Shown here: positions 36,738 to 50,385 of the stretch, piece by piece
How positions within the stretch are numbered: position 1 is the first letter of the stretch
Layout of the letters: every line of letters begins with the position of its first letter
Source: Octopus sinensis
Taxonomy: Eukaryota
DNA: 64,000 nt
Direction of reading: 5' to 3'
Assembly (NCBI RefSeq): GCF_006345805.1
Contig: NC_043006.1
Span: 21,886,001-21,950,000 of the forward strand
Position numbers and translations under genes: made by a program
The notes under the pieces: generated by a model
Database searches by the model: none
What the model was told of the DNA's origin: nothing
The model's input: only the letters and a program-made list of their open reading frames with translations

Positions 36738-38151
36738 CCAAAAACAACATACTTCAGAAATTTTAGAAACATTCGAGGATAGCAAGTTGTTGCTATTATT
36801 GTCCCCTACCGTTTTGTACCGGCATTCGTTGTTTACATACAAATTCGAAAACTTTTCCACATATATAATATATATATATATTTCTAACAACTATGAATTC
36901 AGCTGATAACAAAACAGATAATTAATAAAAGAAGTAGTTGCCACGCATATGTTGAGCGTACAAACATCAAATATGTGATACATCATCCTAGACTTGTCTC
37001 AACATGTATTCTTATAATACACATTCGTAAATGTTGAAAACAAACATAAAAAAGTAACAACGAACTTTTGTTTTCCTGTCAGGAAACTATTCATAATTAT
37101 TATTTCTGTCATTACATGCGTTTATCGGATAAATATAAGGATACACATAGACATATATACCTATGGGGGTACTATGCACAAACCGGGTCCAGTCTACGAT
37201 ACTAGTACCTATATATTGGAGATGATGTACAGGTATTTTATATTAGAAGAAATGAGGTACTCAGAAATTCGGATGGTTTTATATTTACAGATATTTATTT
37301 GTATATTACATGTTTTTTTATATAACTTAGATCATATATTAGCGCTTTCTCCCATTCTAGTGGGGTTAAAAAAGTTTTGACTATATATACTCTTTTACTT
37401 GTTTCAGTCATTTGACTGCGGCCATGCTGGAGCACCGCCTTTAGTCGAGCAACTCGACCCCGGGACTTATTCTTTTTGTAAGCCCAGTATTTATATATTT
37501 ATATATATATATTTATACACACTTCGTAAGGATACATATATGTGCCATATACGTATGTATTAGGTTATGGACATGTATACAAGCGCTTATGAAAAAATAA
37601 AACTACGTGATATTGAATCTATGAGGTATGTCGTATATATATATATATATATATGAATGTGTGCGTGTATATAAAATGCCTACAAGTACCAAGGATGAAT
37701 GTAACTGATATAATAAATAGTTTTTATCTCTCAGAAATTGACAACCACTGTCTGAACAGCTGAGTGAGATAATGTCTGGGTAGTACCTAATGTCTGTTTA
37801 GTTCCAACCTAATTTCAGCGTAACCCACATAGGTTTATTTATTTTCTTAAATACTTATTTTCGTCCCAGAACCAAAGAGGAAGAAGCTTCCGCTAGAAAT
37901 AATAACAAAATCTCTCTTTAAGTCAAACATTACTGTCTTTAATAAAAAAAAAAAAAAATTTTTTTTTAAGTGGGGTGGCATATTGGACTATGAATTTTTT
38001 TTTTTACGGTTAAACAGGTTATATTCGTTAATTACATAAATCTTAAAAAAAGAATTAAAGAAAAAAAGAGAGAAAGAAACAAATGAAATAAAGATGACAT
38101 TTTAGTAAAAAAAGACGCAAAATGTCAGACAGGAAAAATGTTAGAACTTAC

Positions 38152-38223
38152 TTGAGGGTTATAAATTGGAGCATTATTATTGCTGGAAAAATTTCGGTAC
38201 TGTTGGTTCCCTGTCTTCGACAT
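38152..38223 (-). CDS. Putative first coding exon (MSKTGNQQYRNFSSNNNAPIYNPQ) of an unidentified multi-exon gene
   Basis: gaaaccATG with A at -3; 24 codons ending at a CAA|GTAAGT donor (phase 0); upstream acceptor cttttttgtaacag at 38377-38390, so the exon would be 38152-38376. Non-repetitive sequence. Confidence 0.55.
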
Positions 38224-38904
38224 GGTTTCACACGAAAACACCAAAAATAATCCCACACTTTTATATTGTGTTATTAATGTCAGGAGGACAACTTCGATAT
38301 GAGTTGTTGTTATGTGTAGGTAGGTATATATATATCGAATAATTAATAACAATGGTTTGTAATACAAAGTATTTTCCTGTTACAAAAAAGTGAGGAAAGA
38401 TGAAAAAATTCGGGTTTTTAAAGTGTTAAGAAAACAAATTATTTGTTTTTAACCTCTTTTGCTATTGTATGAAGTTGTATTTCAGTATTTCTGTATATTA
38501 TATTATTTATATTATTATTATTATTATTCATATATTGAAGTATGTGACTAATTCATTAATTAATTAAAGTGAATTATATATTAACAAGCAAAGCAAAAAT
38601 TAATCAGTAGCATTGGTTGTCAGTCCTGAATTAAGAGACGAACAAAACAAAAATGTTGAGTGTTTAAAGTTCACTAAAATATACGAGAGGTGAAAAAAAA
38701 ACAGAAATAAGGAACCAGAAGTCTGGAGTATCAATGAAGAGTGAAAAAGGTAAGAAAACTACATATCAACAGATATGGAACTAAAAAATGTTTGTATATA
38801 TAACGTTCATACGTCTATGTGTGTGTGTGTATAGACACGTGTGTACGTCTGTCTATGTGTACAGAGAAAGAGATACAGGTTGCCTGAGTCTGAGTATCGA
38901 AGGG

Positions 38905-38945
38905 AGCATTGAAGGTTAAGCGAGCATCTTCCCGTCTTTTATAGG
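38905..38945 (-). promoter_or_regulatory. Candidate TATA box (TATAAAAG) and start region for the minus-strand gene
   Basis: Plus strand cttttata at 38936-38943. About 30 nt downstream is a pyrimidine-A initiator-like ttcaatg. Candidate first-exon donor C|GTATGA at 38813/38812. Confidence 0.3.
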
Positions 38946-39240
38946 GCCTTCCTCACTTGTTACTTTCATTTTTACATGAGATGACATGTGTGTGTTGAAG
39001 GAAGTGGTTTAAATAACTATATTGATAAACGGGCCCCGAATATTATTATGTTTTGCTATCATTTGGTTCTCCGTATATTTCATATCTACACATGATGTTG
39101 TGCAATATTGAATGTAAGATATATATAAATCGAATAAAAACTATGAGCTGTCCATCAAAATGTCGTCTGCAAAACTGTTGATGCTTTGAACTATCTTGTG
39201 GTGAAGTGGTTATTGCAGAGTTATCTGCTCTTGTTTCATT

Positions 39241-39475
39241 AACACACAGACATATACACATACACAACACACAACATATACACATACACAACACACACAT
39301 ACACCACACAACATATACACATACACAACACACACCACACAACATATACACATACACAACACACACAAACAACATATACACATACACAACATATACACAT
39401 ACACAACACACACATACACAACTTATACACATACACCACACAACATATACACATACACAACACACACACACACAG
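39241..39475. repeat. Complex CA/TA minisatellite (about 19-bp acacacaacatatacacat units)
   Basis: Direct inspection. Other microsatellites include 1-54, 3570-3624, 4540-4578, 12480-12720, 25000-25275, 26700-26780 and 30250-30405. Confidence 0.9.
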
Positions 39476-39697
39476 AAATCCCAAATGTGTCTTTCTTCCT
39501 CTCTTTCTATTTATCTTCTTCCACTTTCACTCCTGACATTCAACTAGTTTCTGCGTAGTTAACCGTCGCCACAGAGTTACCTACTCTTTATTTCAAAATA
39601 TCACACGTGTCCACATTCAGACATACTTTTTTCTTCTTTTCTCTCTCTCCCTCTAATCAAGCTTATTTTCCTCTCTCTCTCTCTTCTCTCTCTCTCT

Positions 39698-40113
39698 GGA
39701 TCTTTTTGGTTTGAACGGCAGTTTTTAACACAGTTTCTAAGTAACTAAAGAATTTTAAACTTCGTATACTGGTAGAATGTGTTTATAAAACATCTTTTTC
39801 TCTTGGCTTTATTGAGAAAATTCTTTAGTTTGTAAGATATTTGTTTGTTTGTTTTTCTTCAATTTCTGCAATTTCAACCAATCAATGACGTCTATTGAGG
39901 TGAAAACATTCTGTGCCGTATGAATATGTCCCTCGTTTAAGAAACAGATTGGGTTTATTTTACATTTGTGAAGAAAAAAAGACACCCTCGCCCCCACCAC
40001 CACTAACCCTAAAAGAGATTGAAATGCAATAGATAGATACTAGGGTAATAATTATGGGTGAGAATTTCATATGACACCGCTAGAAAAAACTGCCGGTCAA
40101 ACTGAAAAGATCC
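39698..40113. mobile_element. Family E hAT-type MITE
   Basis: TIRs; TSD ctctctct/ctctctgt. Confidence 0.85.
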
Positions 40114-40475
40114 CTCTCTGTCTCTCTCCTTATCTCTCATACTTTATTTTATCTATCTTTCTCATTCATTCCTTTATTTCACTCTATCGCTCTCTCTTTC
40201 CTTGAACTATTTCTTGCGTATTTCTGGACTTCGCTTGCAAAGTTATCTGCCCTTCATACCATTAATACGTTCTTTCTATCAACGTTTTACTCTTCATCAC
40301 TAAGAATTTCATCTCTTCTTTCTTTTTTCTCCAGCTGTCTGTCTGTCTCTTTCTCTCTCTCTCTCTCTAAATTCCTTTATGTCAACCTTCACCTTGGTGA
40401 CACATTGTAATTTTATAGGAATATATGCTGGGATTTATTGTATCGACTAACGCCCTCCCCATACTCTTTTTTTTT

Positions 40476-40679
40476 ACTCTTTTACTTGTTTCAGTCATTT
40501 GACTGCGGCCATGCTGGAGCACCACCTTTAGTCGAGCAAATCGACCCCGGGACTTATTCTTTGTAAGCCAAGTACTTATTCTATCGGTCTCTTTTGCCGA
40601 ACCGCTAAGTGACGGGGACGTAAACACACCACCATCGGTTGTCAAGCAATGCTAGGGAGACAAACAGACACAAACACAT

Positions 40680-40710
<31 letters not shown>

Positions 40711-40860
40711 CGATAGGCTTCTTTCAGTTTCCGTCTGCCAAATCCACTCACAAGGCATTGGTCGGCCCGGGGCTATAGCAGAAGACACTTGCCCAAGATG
40801 CCACGCAGTGGGACTGAACCCGGAACCATGTGGTTGGTTAGCAAGCTACTTACTACACAG
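40476..40860 (-). mobile_element. Family A SINE
   Basis: Reverse-complement copy. Confidence 0.9.
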
Positions 40861-41371
40861 CAAGAATTATCTTTTAATTATAGGACTTCAATTTATATTA
40901 CTATAATAATTATTTATATTATAAACACATACTTCGAAATTTTGCCACGTGTGTGACTTACTGAAAGTATGAAACGGGAAAGAAAATAAAGTAATTCTTA
41001 AATGTTTCATTCAGTTCAACGAACGTAGAAAGAACTGGTTCACACGTTGGTAGTAAGATTCTGGGAAGATAATATTCATAGGGGACAGGGGTCAATAGTG
41101 TAGTTTGGTTGAGGAGTGGCAGTGATGAAAAGGGTTTGGGGATGGAGCTATTGTTAAAGAGATAGTTAAGTACAGGAGGGGGTTGGAGTAAACGTTCTAA
41201 GAATTTATAGAAGGCCGTAAATTTACGAAATTGACTTGGTGGGGTCGGCAGAAAAAGCCTTGAATTTATTTCAATAGACAGGAAATTGTCGAGTTTTCAC
41301 CTCACTTTCCCGCACTGACGCCAACACGTCACCCCTGCAGATATACTCCTGTACACACACACATACCATAT

Positions 41372-41990
41372 ATCTATTTCTTTATTACCCACAAGGGGCT
41401 AAACATAGAGGGGACAAACTAGGGCAGACATAGGTATTAAGTCGATTACATCGACCTCAGTGCGTAGCTGATACTTAATTTATCGACCCCGAAAGGATGA
41501 AAGGCAAAGTCGACCTCGGCGGAATTTGAACTCACAACGTTGCGACAGACCGCTAAGCATTTCGCCCGGCGCGCTAACTTTTCTGCCAGCTCGCCGCCTT
41601 ATATATACCATATATCTATGTGTTTGTATTTATTAGGAACAGGCGTGGCTTTGTGGTAAGGAGTTTGTTTCCAACCCACATGGTTCCAGGTTCAGTTTCA
41701 TTGAATGTTTTATGTACCTTTCAATTCTTACACATTCTCTGTAATGCTGGTCGATACCTATTTCTTTACTACCCACAAGGGGCTAAACACAGAGGAGACA
41801 AACAAGGACAGACATACGGATTAAGTCGATTATATCTACCTCAGTGCGTAACTGGTACTAGTTTAATGGACCCCGAAAGGATGAAAGGCAAAGTCGACCT
41901 CGGTGGAATTTGAACTCAGAACGTAACGGCAGACGAAATACGGCTACGCATTTCGCCCGGCGTGCTAACGTTTCTGTCAGCTCGCCGCCT
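41372..41990 (-). mobile_element. Two family B SINEs (41372-41599; 41760-41990)
   Basis: The second copy has a 12-bp TSD tggtcgatacct (41748-41759, 41991-42002). Confidence 0.9.
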
Positions 41991-42306
41991 TGGTCGATAC
42001 CTTAACATAGTTACAAGGTGTACGGTTGTGTTCCATTAACCAGGCAATTTAAGGACAGAAAACCTCGTGGGTTCCAAACAGGAACATACTGTTCATTCTC
42101 GATACATCCGCAAAGAATATCTTAAAACAATTGTGTGATTTTAAATAACAATAAAAACTATAGACTCGAAATAACGATTTACTCAGTATATATTCACAGA
42201 TATGGCTATTTACTTAGAATTTAAATAAACCAAGAGTTTGTTGCTATTAAAAGGTTTAAGAATATTTTCCAAACACCCGCAGGCGTGGCTGTAAAATAAG
42301 AAACTT

Positions 42307-42705
42307 GGAATCTTTTCGGTTTGAACGGTAGTTTTTAGCATAATTTCTAGGTAACTAAAAAATTTTAAACTTCGTATACTGATAGAATGTGTTTATAAAA
42401 CATCTTTTTCTCTTGACTTTATTGAGAAAATTCTGTAGTTTGTAAGATATTTGTTGTTTTTTTCTGCAATTTCAACCAATCACTGACGTCTATTGAGTTA
42501 AAAAGCTTTCTGTGCCGTATGAATATATCCCTCGTTTAAGAAACAGATTGGGTTTATTTACATTTGTGAAGAAAAAAAGATACCCTTCCCCCACCCCTAA
42601 CTCTAAAAGAGATTGAAATGCAATAGATCGATTCTAGGGTCATAATTATGGGTGACAATTTCATGACACCTCTAGAAAAAACTGCCGGTCAAACCGAAAA
42701 GATCC
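42307..42705. mobile_element. Family E hAT-type MITE nested in a degenerate family A SINE
   Basis: TIRs; no clear TSD. Confidence 0.8.
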
Positions 42706-42876
42706 GTGTATGAGTGACTGTGTGCTTGCGTCATTGTTCCCCATCACCGCTTGACAACTGGCGTTGGTTTGTTTACGTCTCCGTAGATTCATTCGATCAA
42801 AAGTTCTTTAAGGCGGTGTTCCAGCATAGCTGTAATCTAATGACTGAAACAGACAAAAAGATTCTGTTAAAAAAAA

Positions 42877-44445
42877 GGCGCAGGAGTGGCTGTGTGGTAA
42901 GTAGCTTGCTTACCAACCACATGGTTCCGGGTTCAGTCCCACTGCGTGGCACCTTGGGCAAGTGTCTTCTTCTATAGCCTCGGGCCGACCAAAGCCTTGT
43001 GAGTAGATTTGGTAGACAGAAACCCGTCGTATATATGTGTTTGTGTGTCTGTGTTTGTCCCCCTAGCATTGCTTGACAATCGATGCTGGTGTGTTTATGT
43101 CCCCGTCACTTAGCAGTTCGGCAAAAGGAACCGATAGAATAAGTACTGGGCTTACAAAGAATAAGTCCCGCGGTCGAGTTGCTCGATTAAAGGCGGTGCT
43201 CCAGCATGGCCGCAGTCAAATGACTGAAACAAGTAAAAAGAGTAATAAAATATGCACAGGCGTGACTGTGTGGTAAGAAGTTTGCTTCCCATCCAAATGT
43301 CTTTCGATTCGATCCACTGCGTGGCTCATGGATAAATGTCTTTTACTATAGCTACGGGTCGACCAAAGCCTTGCAAGTGAATTTGATAGACAGAAACTGA
43401 GAGCATATGCTGATTACCGTCGTGGGATAAAGTAAATTGTCCTTAAAATATTTCGGTAGAAACTAGATGTAAAAACAGCGATATCCCGTACTTTCGTGTA
43501 AACACTGATACGTTAGTCTATGTTAATGTAACACAAAAACTGTGTGGCTGTGTGGTAAGTAGCTTGTTTACCAACCACATGGTTTCGGGTTCAGTCCCAC
43601 TGCATGGCACCTTGGGCAAGTGTCTATAGCCTCGGGCCGACCAAAGCCTTGTGAGTGGATTTGGTAGACGGAAACTGAAAGAAGCCCGTCGTATATATGT
43701 ATATACATATGTGTGTGTTCGTGTGTCTGTGTTTGTCTCCCTAGCATTGCTTGACAACTGATGCTGGTGTGTTTATGTCCCCGTCACTTAGCGGTTCGGC
43801 AAAAAGAACCGATAGAATAAGTACTGGGCTTACAAAGAATAAGTCCCGGGGTCGAGTAGCTCGATTAAAGGCGGTGCTCCAGCATGGCCACAGTCAAATG
43901 ACTGAAACAAGTAAAAGAGTAAGAGTATATATTTTATGGATGATGAAAACAATCGGATCTTTTCTGTTTGGCTGCCAATTTTCAATATCCTTCTATTCCA
44001 GCTCGTATTGATTTCATATTTGGTGTCGCGATATGGTTTTATATGTTAAACACTACTTTGAAATTCATTTTCGCAGGAGTGGCTGTGTGGTAAGTAGCTT
44101 GCTTACCAACCACATGGTACCGGGTTCAGTCCCACTGCGTGGCACCTTGGGCAAGTGTCTTCTACTATAGTCTCGGGCCGACCAAAGCCTTGTGAGTGGT
44201 TTTGGTAGCGGAAACTGAAAGAAGCCCGTCGTATATATGTATATATATATATGCGTGCGTTTGTCCCCCTAGCATTGCTTGACAACCGATGCTGATGTGT
44301 TTATGTCCCCGTTACTTAGCGGTTCGGCAAAAGAGACCGATAGAATAAGTACTGAGCTTACAAAAAGAATAAGTCCAGAGGTCGAGTTGCTCGATTAAAG
44401 GCGGTGCTCCAGCATGGCCGCAGTCAAATGACTGAAACAAGTGAA
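42877..44445 (+). mobile_element. Three co-oriented family A SINEs (42877-43240, 43543-43922, 44072-44445) plus a degenerate head
   Basis: Repeated head and tail sequences. Confidence 0.85.
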
Positions 44446-45159
44446 AGAGAAAGAGAAAAAAAAAAAATAAAGACACGCGCACACACGCTTTTGCACTTTC
44501 TCAAGATTTATCGTCCCCGTAAATCTGTTTGTTTTTATTGTTCGAAATCTCCTCCCCATCTTTTTACCTTACTTCTATTTACCATTTACGTATTCAGGCT
44601 TATCACTAGGGTGCTTAAGCTGTTGATTGCCAAAATTGAAAATACAAAAAGATAGTTTATATATCATTACAAGATATAAACCCCTTAATTCACTACTCCA
44701 ACCTACCTACGACAATGGTGCAGAAATGGAGAATGTTTAGTCTCATAGTGTTCTGAGGTGTGACTGACTAAACAATTTGCAACACACACTTCAAGAAACC
44801 AGCCAGTACCTCACCACCAACCAATACGGGGAATGCCAAAGCCTATTCCAGTGAGGAATGTACTACCCAGTACAGATTAGTGGTTAGAGCTCGGCAGAGA
44901 CAGAAACAAAACATCCTTCAATCTTGTCGAAATAGAGAGCAGCTGAGATTCTCTAAAAGCTGGAAGTCTGTCAATCATATGACAAAGATGCCTGACAAGC
45001 GAATGTTTGTTTCCTTGAAAATGCAAATAAACTGTGCACTCACCAGGCTCACTCTCGTTTTTCACATGATATATATTCAGCAAGATCAAACCACTGTGTT
45101 CTAATGAGTGTAGGAGACTGTCAAAGTTGTGGAAGATTCATACATGCCATACAATATCT

Positions 45160-45569
45160 GGATCTTTTAGGTTTGAACGGCAGTTTTTTCTAGCGGTGTC
45201 ATATGAAATTGTCACCCATAATTATGACCCTAGCATCCATCTATTGCATTTCAATCTCTTTTAGGGTTAGGGGTGGGGGGAAGGGTATCTTTTTTTCTTC
45301 ACAAATGTAAATAAACCCAATCTGTTTCTTAAACGAGGGACATATTCATACAGCACAGAATGTTTTTTAACTCAATGGACGTCAGTGATTGGTTGAAATT
45401 GCAGAAATTGAAGAAAAAAACAACAAATATCTTACAAACTATAGAATTTTCTCAATAAAGCCAAGAGAAAAAGATGTTTTATAAAAACATTTTACCAGTA
45501 TACGAAGTTTAAAATTTTTTAGTTACCTAGAAATTATGTTAAAAACTGCCGTTCAAACAGAAAAGATCC
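45160..45569. mobile_element. Family E hAT-type MITE
   Basis: Perfect 8-bp TSD caatatct (45152-45159, 45570-45577). Confidence 0.95.
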
Positions 45570-46164
45570 CAATATCTTCAAACTTGTTGCGTCGATGTCA
45601 TAATTCATTATATCAGATGTTTGTCCCGCATTATGTTTTCTAGCTTAGTATAATGGTATATTAATACATACAGCAGTTTTCAGTGGTGGCCTACTGCAGC
45701 CAACTTTGAAACTTTGGACAATTATTGTTCATCCTGCAGGCTGTCTTCTTCACCAAAGCATCATCAGTAGATTTGTCAGTGAAAAAAATCGATAAGCCCC
45801 TGGAAGGGATCTTTATATCTACCTCATCAAACAGCATTTCAACTCTGTGCGAATATATTTGTGTGTCTGTAAAAGTGGGGTATGTAAATGTGTGTGTGTT
45901 GTGTGTGCATACGAAATGGTCTCTCTTCTCCATGTTTCCTTCACGTACATTCCGCTGCTATTTTTTGCAACCAATCACATTACCTAAGTTCAGTTTATTC
46001 CGTTCATTGCATGTGTGCACAATCATTAATTCTTTACTTTTTTTTTTTTTTAGAATTATTACGCCGCCGAAAGTTCTGCTGTTTCCCCCCATTGACTCGT
46101 TTTTCAAGGCAGGCTTCAATTGCAATTATGTTCAATCGGTGAACTTAAACATTAAGTTCTCTCC

Positions 46165-47250
46165 TTTACTTTGTTCAGTCATTTGACTGCGGCCATGCTG
46201 GAGCACCGCCTTTAGTCGAGCAAATCAACCCCAGGACTCATTCTTTGTAAGCCTAGTACTTATTCTATCGGCCGAACCGCTAAGTGACGGGGACATAAAC
46301 ACACAAGCATCAGTTGTCAAGCAATGCTAAGGGGACAAATATGGACACACAAATATATATATATACATATATACTACGAGCTTCTTTCAGTTTCCGTCTG
46401 CCAAATCCACTCACAAGGCTTTGGTCGGCCCGAGGCTATAGTAGAAGACACTTGCCCAAGATGCTACGCAGTGGGACTGAACCCGGAACCATGTGGCTGG
46501 TAAGCAAGCTACTTACCACACAGCCACTCCTGCGCCTATTTGTACAAAGTTTCTGCTACTTGCTACTGTTTTGCATTGTATTTACGTCAAGTTGTTTAAC
46601 AAAGTACAATTTATATGATTGTTTAAGTACATAGAACAACTTCACTCTCACATTTTTTCATTCATGTTTGATGTTAAGGTTAGGTACAATGACTACATTA
46701 GACCTTGATTACATAAATTAAGATAATTTTAGCTATATCAGAGTACTGAAACCTTTCAATAACTACAGATATCAGCAACTTAACATGTTTATTAATTTGG
46801 GTTTTCTTTCTTTTTTTGTTAATTTTTTAATGTTTGAATACAAACATTAGTGGTGTCCAGGAGTGGCTGTGTGGTAAGTAGCTTGCTAACCAGCCACATG
46901 GTTCCGGGTTCAGTCCCACTGCGTGGCATCTTGGGCAAGTGTCTTCTGCTATAGCCCCGGGCCGACCATTGCCTTATGAGTGGATTTGGTAGAAGGAAAC
47001 TGAAAGAAGCCTGTCGTATATATGTATATATATATATGTTTGTGTGTGTGTGTGTTTGTCCCCCTACCATTGCTTGACAACCGATGCTGGTGTTTTTACG
47101 TCCCCGTCACTTAGCGGTTCGGCAAAAGAGACCGATAGAATAAGTACTGGGCTTACAAAGAATAAGTCCCGGGGTCGATTTGCTTGACTAAAGGCGGTGC
47201 TCCAGCATGGCCGCAGTCAAATGACTGAAACAAGTAAAAGAGTTAAAGAG
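46165..47250. mobile_element. Head-to-head family A SINE pair (46165-46537 minus; 46857-47250 plus)
   Basis: Opposite-orientation copies about 320 bp apart. Confidence 0.85.
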
Positions 47251-47379
47251 AGAGTATTAGTGTTAGAATACAAAGAGGTAAATATTTAGAAGATAGCCGG
47301 TTTTACAGCAACATCAACTAAACTACCCGGGTGAAACCAGGAAAAACAGCTAGAAAAATATATATATGTGTGTGTGTGT

Positions 47380-48202
47380 GGAGGCGCAATGGCCCAATGG
47401 TTAGGGCAGCAGACTCGTGGTTTCAATTCCCAGACTGGGCATTGTGAGTGTTTATTGAAGGAAAACACCTAAAGCTCCATGAGGCTCCAGCAGGGGGTGG
47501 TGGTGATCCCTGTTGTACTCTTTCGACACAACTTTCTCTCACTCTTTCTTCTGTTGGCCTGCTTGCTTAGCCAGCAGGGTGGCATCATTTGAAGGCTAAA
47601 ACAATGCGAAGTGCATTGTGACCAGCGATGTGTAGCAACATCAATGTGATATATATATATATGTACTTGTCAAATAAGATTTTGTGAATGCACAAACAGC
47701 TTGATCATTTATATAAAACATGTTTTTTGTGGGGTTGAGAAAAAGAGAACATTGGTTTCTTGTTTTTTAGGGTGAGGTTCCATGACAATGGAGATAGATA
47801 GATAAAAATATAGGTAGGCGGGTGGGTGGGTAGATAGATAGATAGGGAGGAGAGAGAGAGAGGAGAGATCTCCCCTTCCTATTCACCATTTATTCATTTA
47901 CCATTGTATTGGAATGGGTTTAAGGACAGTGACCTCTTCAGAAAAAACAGGTATGGTGTGGTCATCACTGAAAGTCTTTTTGCTTTCTTTCTCTCTTCCC
48001 CACTATTTTTCTCCTCTTTCCTTCTTTTTTCCTCTTTCTTTCTTCTTCTCCTCTGAGTTATATTTAGAATACAAAATGTACTGTTTCCCTTTTTCTTTCA
48101 AGCATTCAATTTTGGAGAGAATTTTTTGATGAAATGTAGTTCTGCATGAAAAAACAGTATAATATTTACAAATTGAAATTTTTTTTTAAATAAACAATTA
48201 AG

Positions 48203-48242
<40 letters not shown>

Positions 48243-48552
48243 CACCGTGACCGTGACCAACCAAGCTATCAGATGTTGCTACACATCGCTGGTCACAATG
48301 CGCTTCGCATTGTTTTAGCCTTCAAATGACGCCACCCCACCCCACTGGCTAATCGTGTAGGCCAACAGAAGAAAGAGTGAGAGAAAGTTGTGGCGAAAGA
48401 GTACAGCAGGGATTGCCACCACCCCCTACCGGAGTCTTGTGGAGCTTTAGGTGTTTTTGCTCAATAAATACTCACAACGCCCAGTCTGAGAATCGAAACC
48501 GCGGTCCTACAACCGCGAGTCCGCTGCCCTAACCACTATATATGTGCCTCCA
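47380..48552. mobile_element. Two family D1 SINEs, tail-to-tail (47380-47650 plus; 48243-48552 minus)
   Basis: ggaggcgcaatggccc head; cggtg/tgtg+(TA)n end. Confidence 0.8.
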
Positions 48553-49660
48553 CATAATATATATATATATATATACACATACGCATCATCATCATTATCA
48601 TCATTGTTTAACGTCCGTTCTCCATGCTAGCATGGGTTGGACGGTTCGACCGGGGATCTGGGAAGCCAGAAGGCTGCACCAGGCTCCAGTCTTATCTGGC
48701 AATGTTTCTACAGCTGGATGCCCTTCCTAACGCCAACCACCCTGAGAGTGTAGTCGGTGCTTTTTACGTGCCACCCGCACAGGTGCCAGGCGAGGCTGGC
48801 AACGGCCATGGTCGGATTGGTGCAATTTACGTGCCACCGGCACGGAAGCCAGTCGAGGCGGCGCTGGCATCGGCCACAATTCGGATAGTGCTTTTTATGT
48901 ACCACCAGTCCAGGGGTCCTGGCATCTGCCGGGTGCCAGTCATAGGATTGGTTCAATTTCGATTTCACTTGCCCCAACATATATATATACATACACACAC
49001 ACATACGTATATATATATATATATATACGTAAAGCTAAAACATCCCAATGCTACACATTTATATACCTGAACATTTGTAGAGATATGAGTCACATTTGGA
49101 ATAAAAAATGCAAATTCTCCACTTTACCTTCAAGCATTCAATTTTAGAGAAAATCTCTTGATGAAGAGTGTGTGTTTTTGGGAACATGTCCATGTTTATA
49201 CTGTGTCACTTCGATCACACCTCTTTCAATTTCATATTTTTTTTATTAGAGAACATTGGTATAACACTTACTAGAAAAACATGCAAAGCTCAGAACATCT
49301 CAATGCCACACATGTACAACTGAATATTCACAGAGATGAGCATTATGCTTCCGATATTTGAGTTGTATTTAGAAAACAAAATGTACTGTCTTCGCTTTTC
49401 TTTTAAACATTCAAATTTTGGAGATAATTTTTTAATGAAATGTAGTCCCATTGCTTTTCGGCATTGCGTATCGTCCTGTGCATATTAGTAAAAGGTGTCA
49501 TCATTCCACTTTTCTCCTCATTTGTTTGGTCACACCTCGAATACTGCTGCCCCTTGTGTCTCCCCATACAAAACAAAACATCTTGGGGATTGAATCACCC
49601 AGAGGGCACTCACTAAACGAATTGAAGGCATGACTGATCTCGATTACTGGACTGCCTTAA

Positions 49661-49881
49661 CCCTTTCATTACCAACCCGGCTGAAACTGGCTCTGGTTCT
49701 TTAGTACAAATGTCTTGTTTTCATAAGTTTTGAATTCAAATCTTCCACCAAACCTTAGTCACAAATTATGTTCCTAACACTAGCTTAATGATAACAATGT
49801 TATTTTATTAAATTCTTTTTTATATTTAAAATAATTGGAAGAAACACAGAGCATCTCAAAATAAATACAGTAATGAAAGGG
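49661..49881. mobile_element. Family G piggyBac-type MITE
   Basis: TTAA TSD; TIR CCCTTTCATTAC/GTAATGAAAGGG. Confidence 0.9.
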
Positions 49882-49896
49882 TTAAAGCCTTGAAAC

Positions 49897-50340
49897 TCTA
49901 CTCTTTCCAGGGCCACTGCGAGCGGTACATCATTTGTACGATGTGGAGAATATACTGCCAGCATTGCCCAAATGACCTGAACATTAGTTTCAAGGCTGGG
50001 ATCAGGGGCCATATGTCCCCTGCCCAATTCAGGATCACAACATATAGGTACACTACGACATAATTTCTTTTCCTCAACAGGCCCTGCCCTGTTTAACATT
50101 GTCCTAAAACTGATCAAAGAAGAAAAGGATCCCATCACCTTTAAACGGAGTCTGGATAGATTTCTCCAAGGAATACCAGATAAGGCATCCATACCTGGAT
50201 ACAACTCACTCAACAAGAACTCACTAAATGAATGGATCATAAACAAAACTTGACTTAAAAAGGATTTAAATAATTCTATCAGGTGGTGCTATTAAGTTAG
50301 ACATCACCTGAACCAATCTTTGGCCGAAACATATCTAAGT
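49897..50340 (+). pseudogene. CR1-like LINE RT C-terminal remnant (frameshifted)
   Basis: LYSFQGHCERYIICTMWRIY... then FFSSTGPALFNIVLKLIKEEKDPITFKRSLDRFLQGIPDK, matching the LYSLQRRRERY / GPRLFN / FKRELDKFL pattern. Confidence 0.75.

Positions 50341-50385
<45 letters not shown>

Noticed and set aside
45691-45933. 80-aa ORF, and a cacag|AGTTGAAAYGCTG acceptor-like motif shared with about 52010-52045
   Set aside because: No domain, weak donor, and the 52 kb copy runs into poly-T; probably an old repeat.
47380-47440. tRNA-like sequences (A and B boxes) in families A, B, D and I
   Set aside because: No complete cloverleaf; they continue into SINE bodies, so they are SINE heads rather than tRNA genes.
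50300-50340. ctgaaccaatctttggccgaaac as a hammerhead
   Set aside because: Lacks a CUGANGA core and a palindromic stem III; better explained as the 3' stem-loop of the CR1-like LINE.
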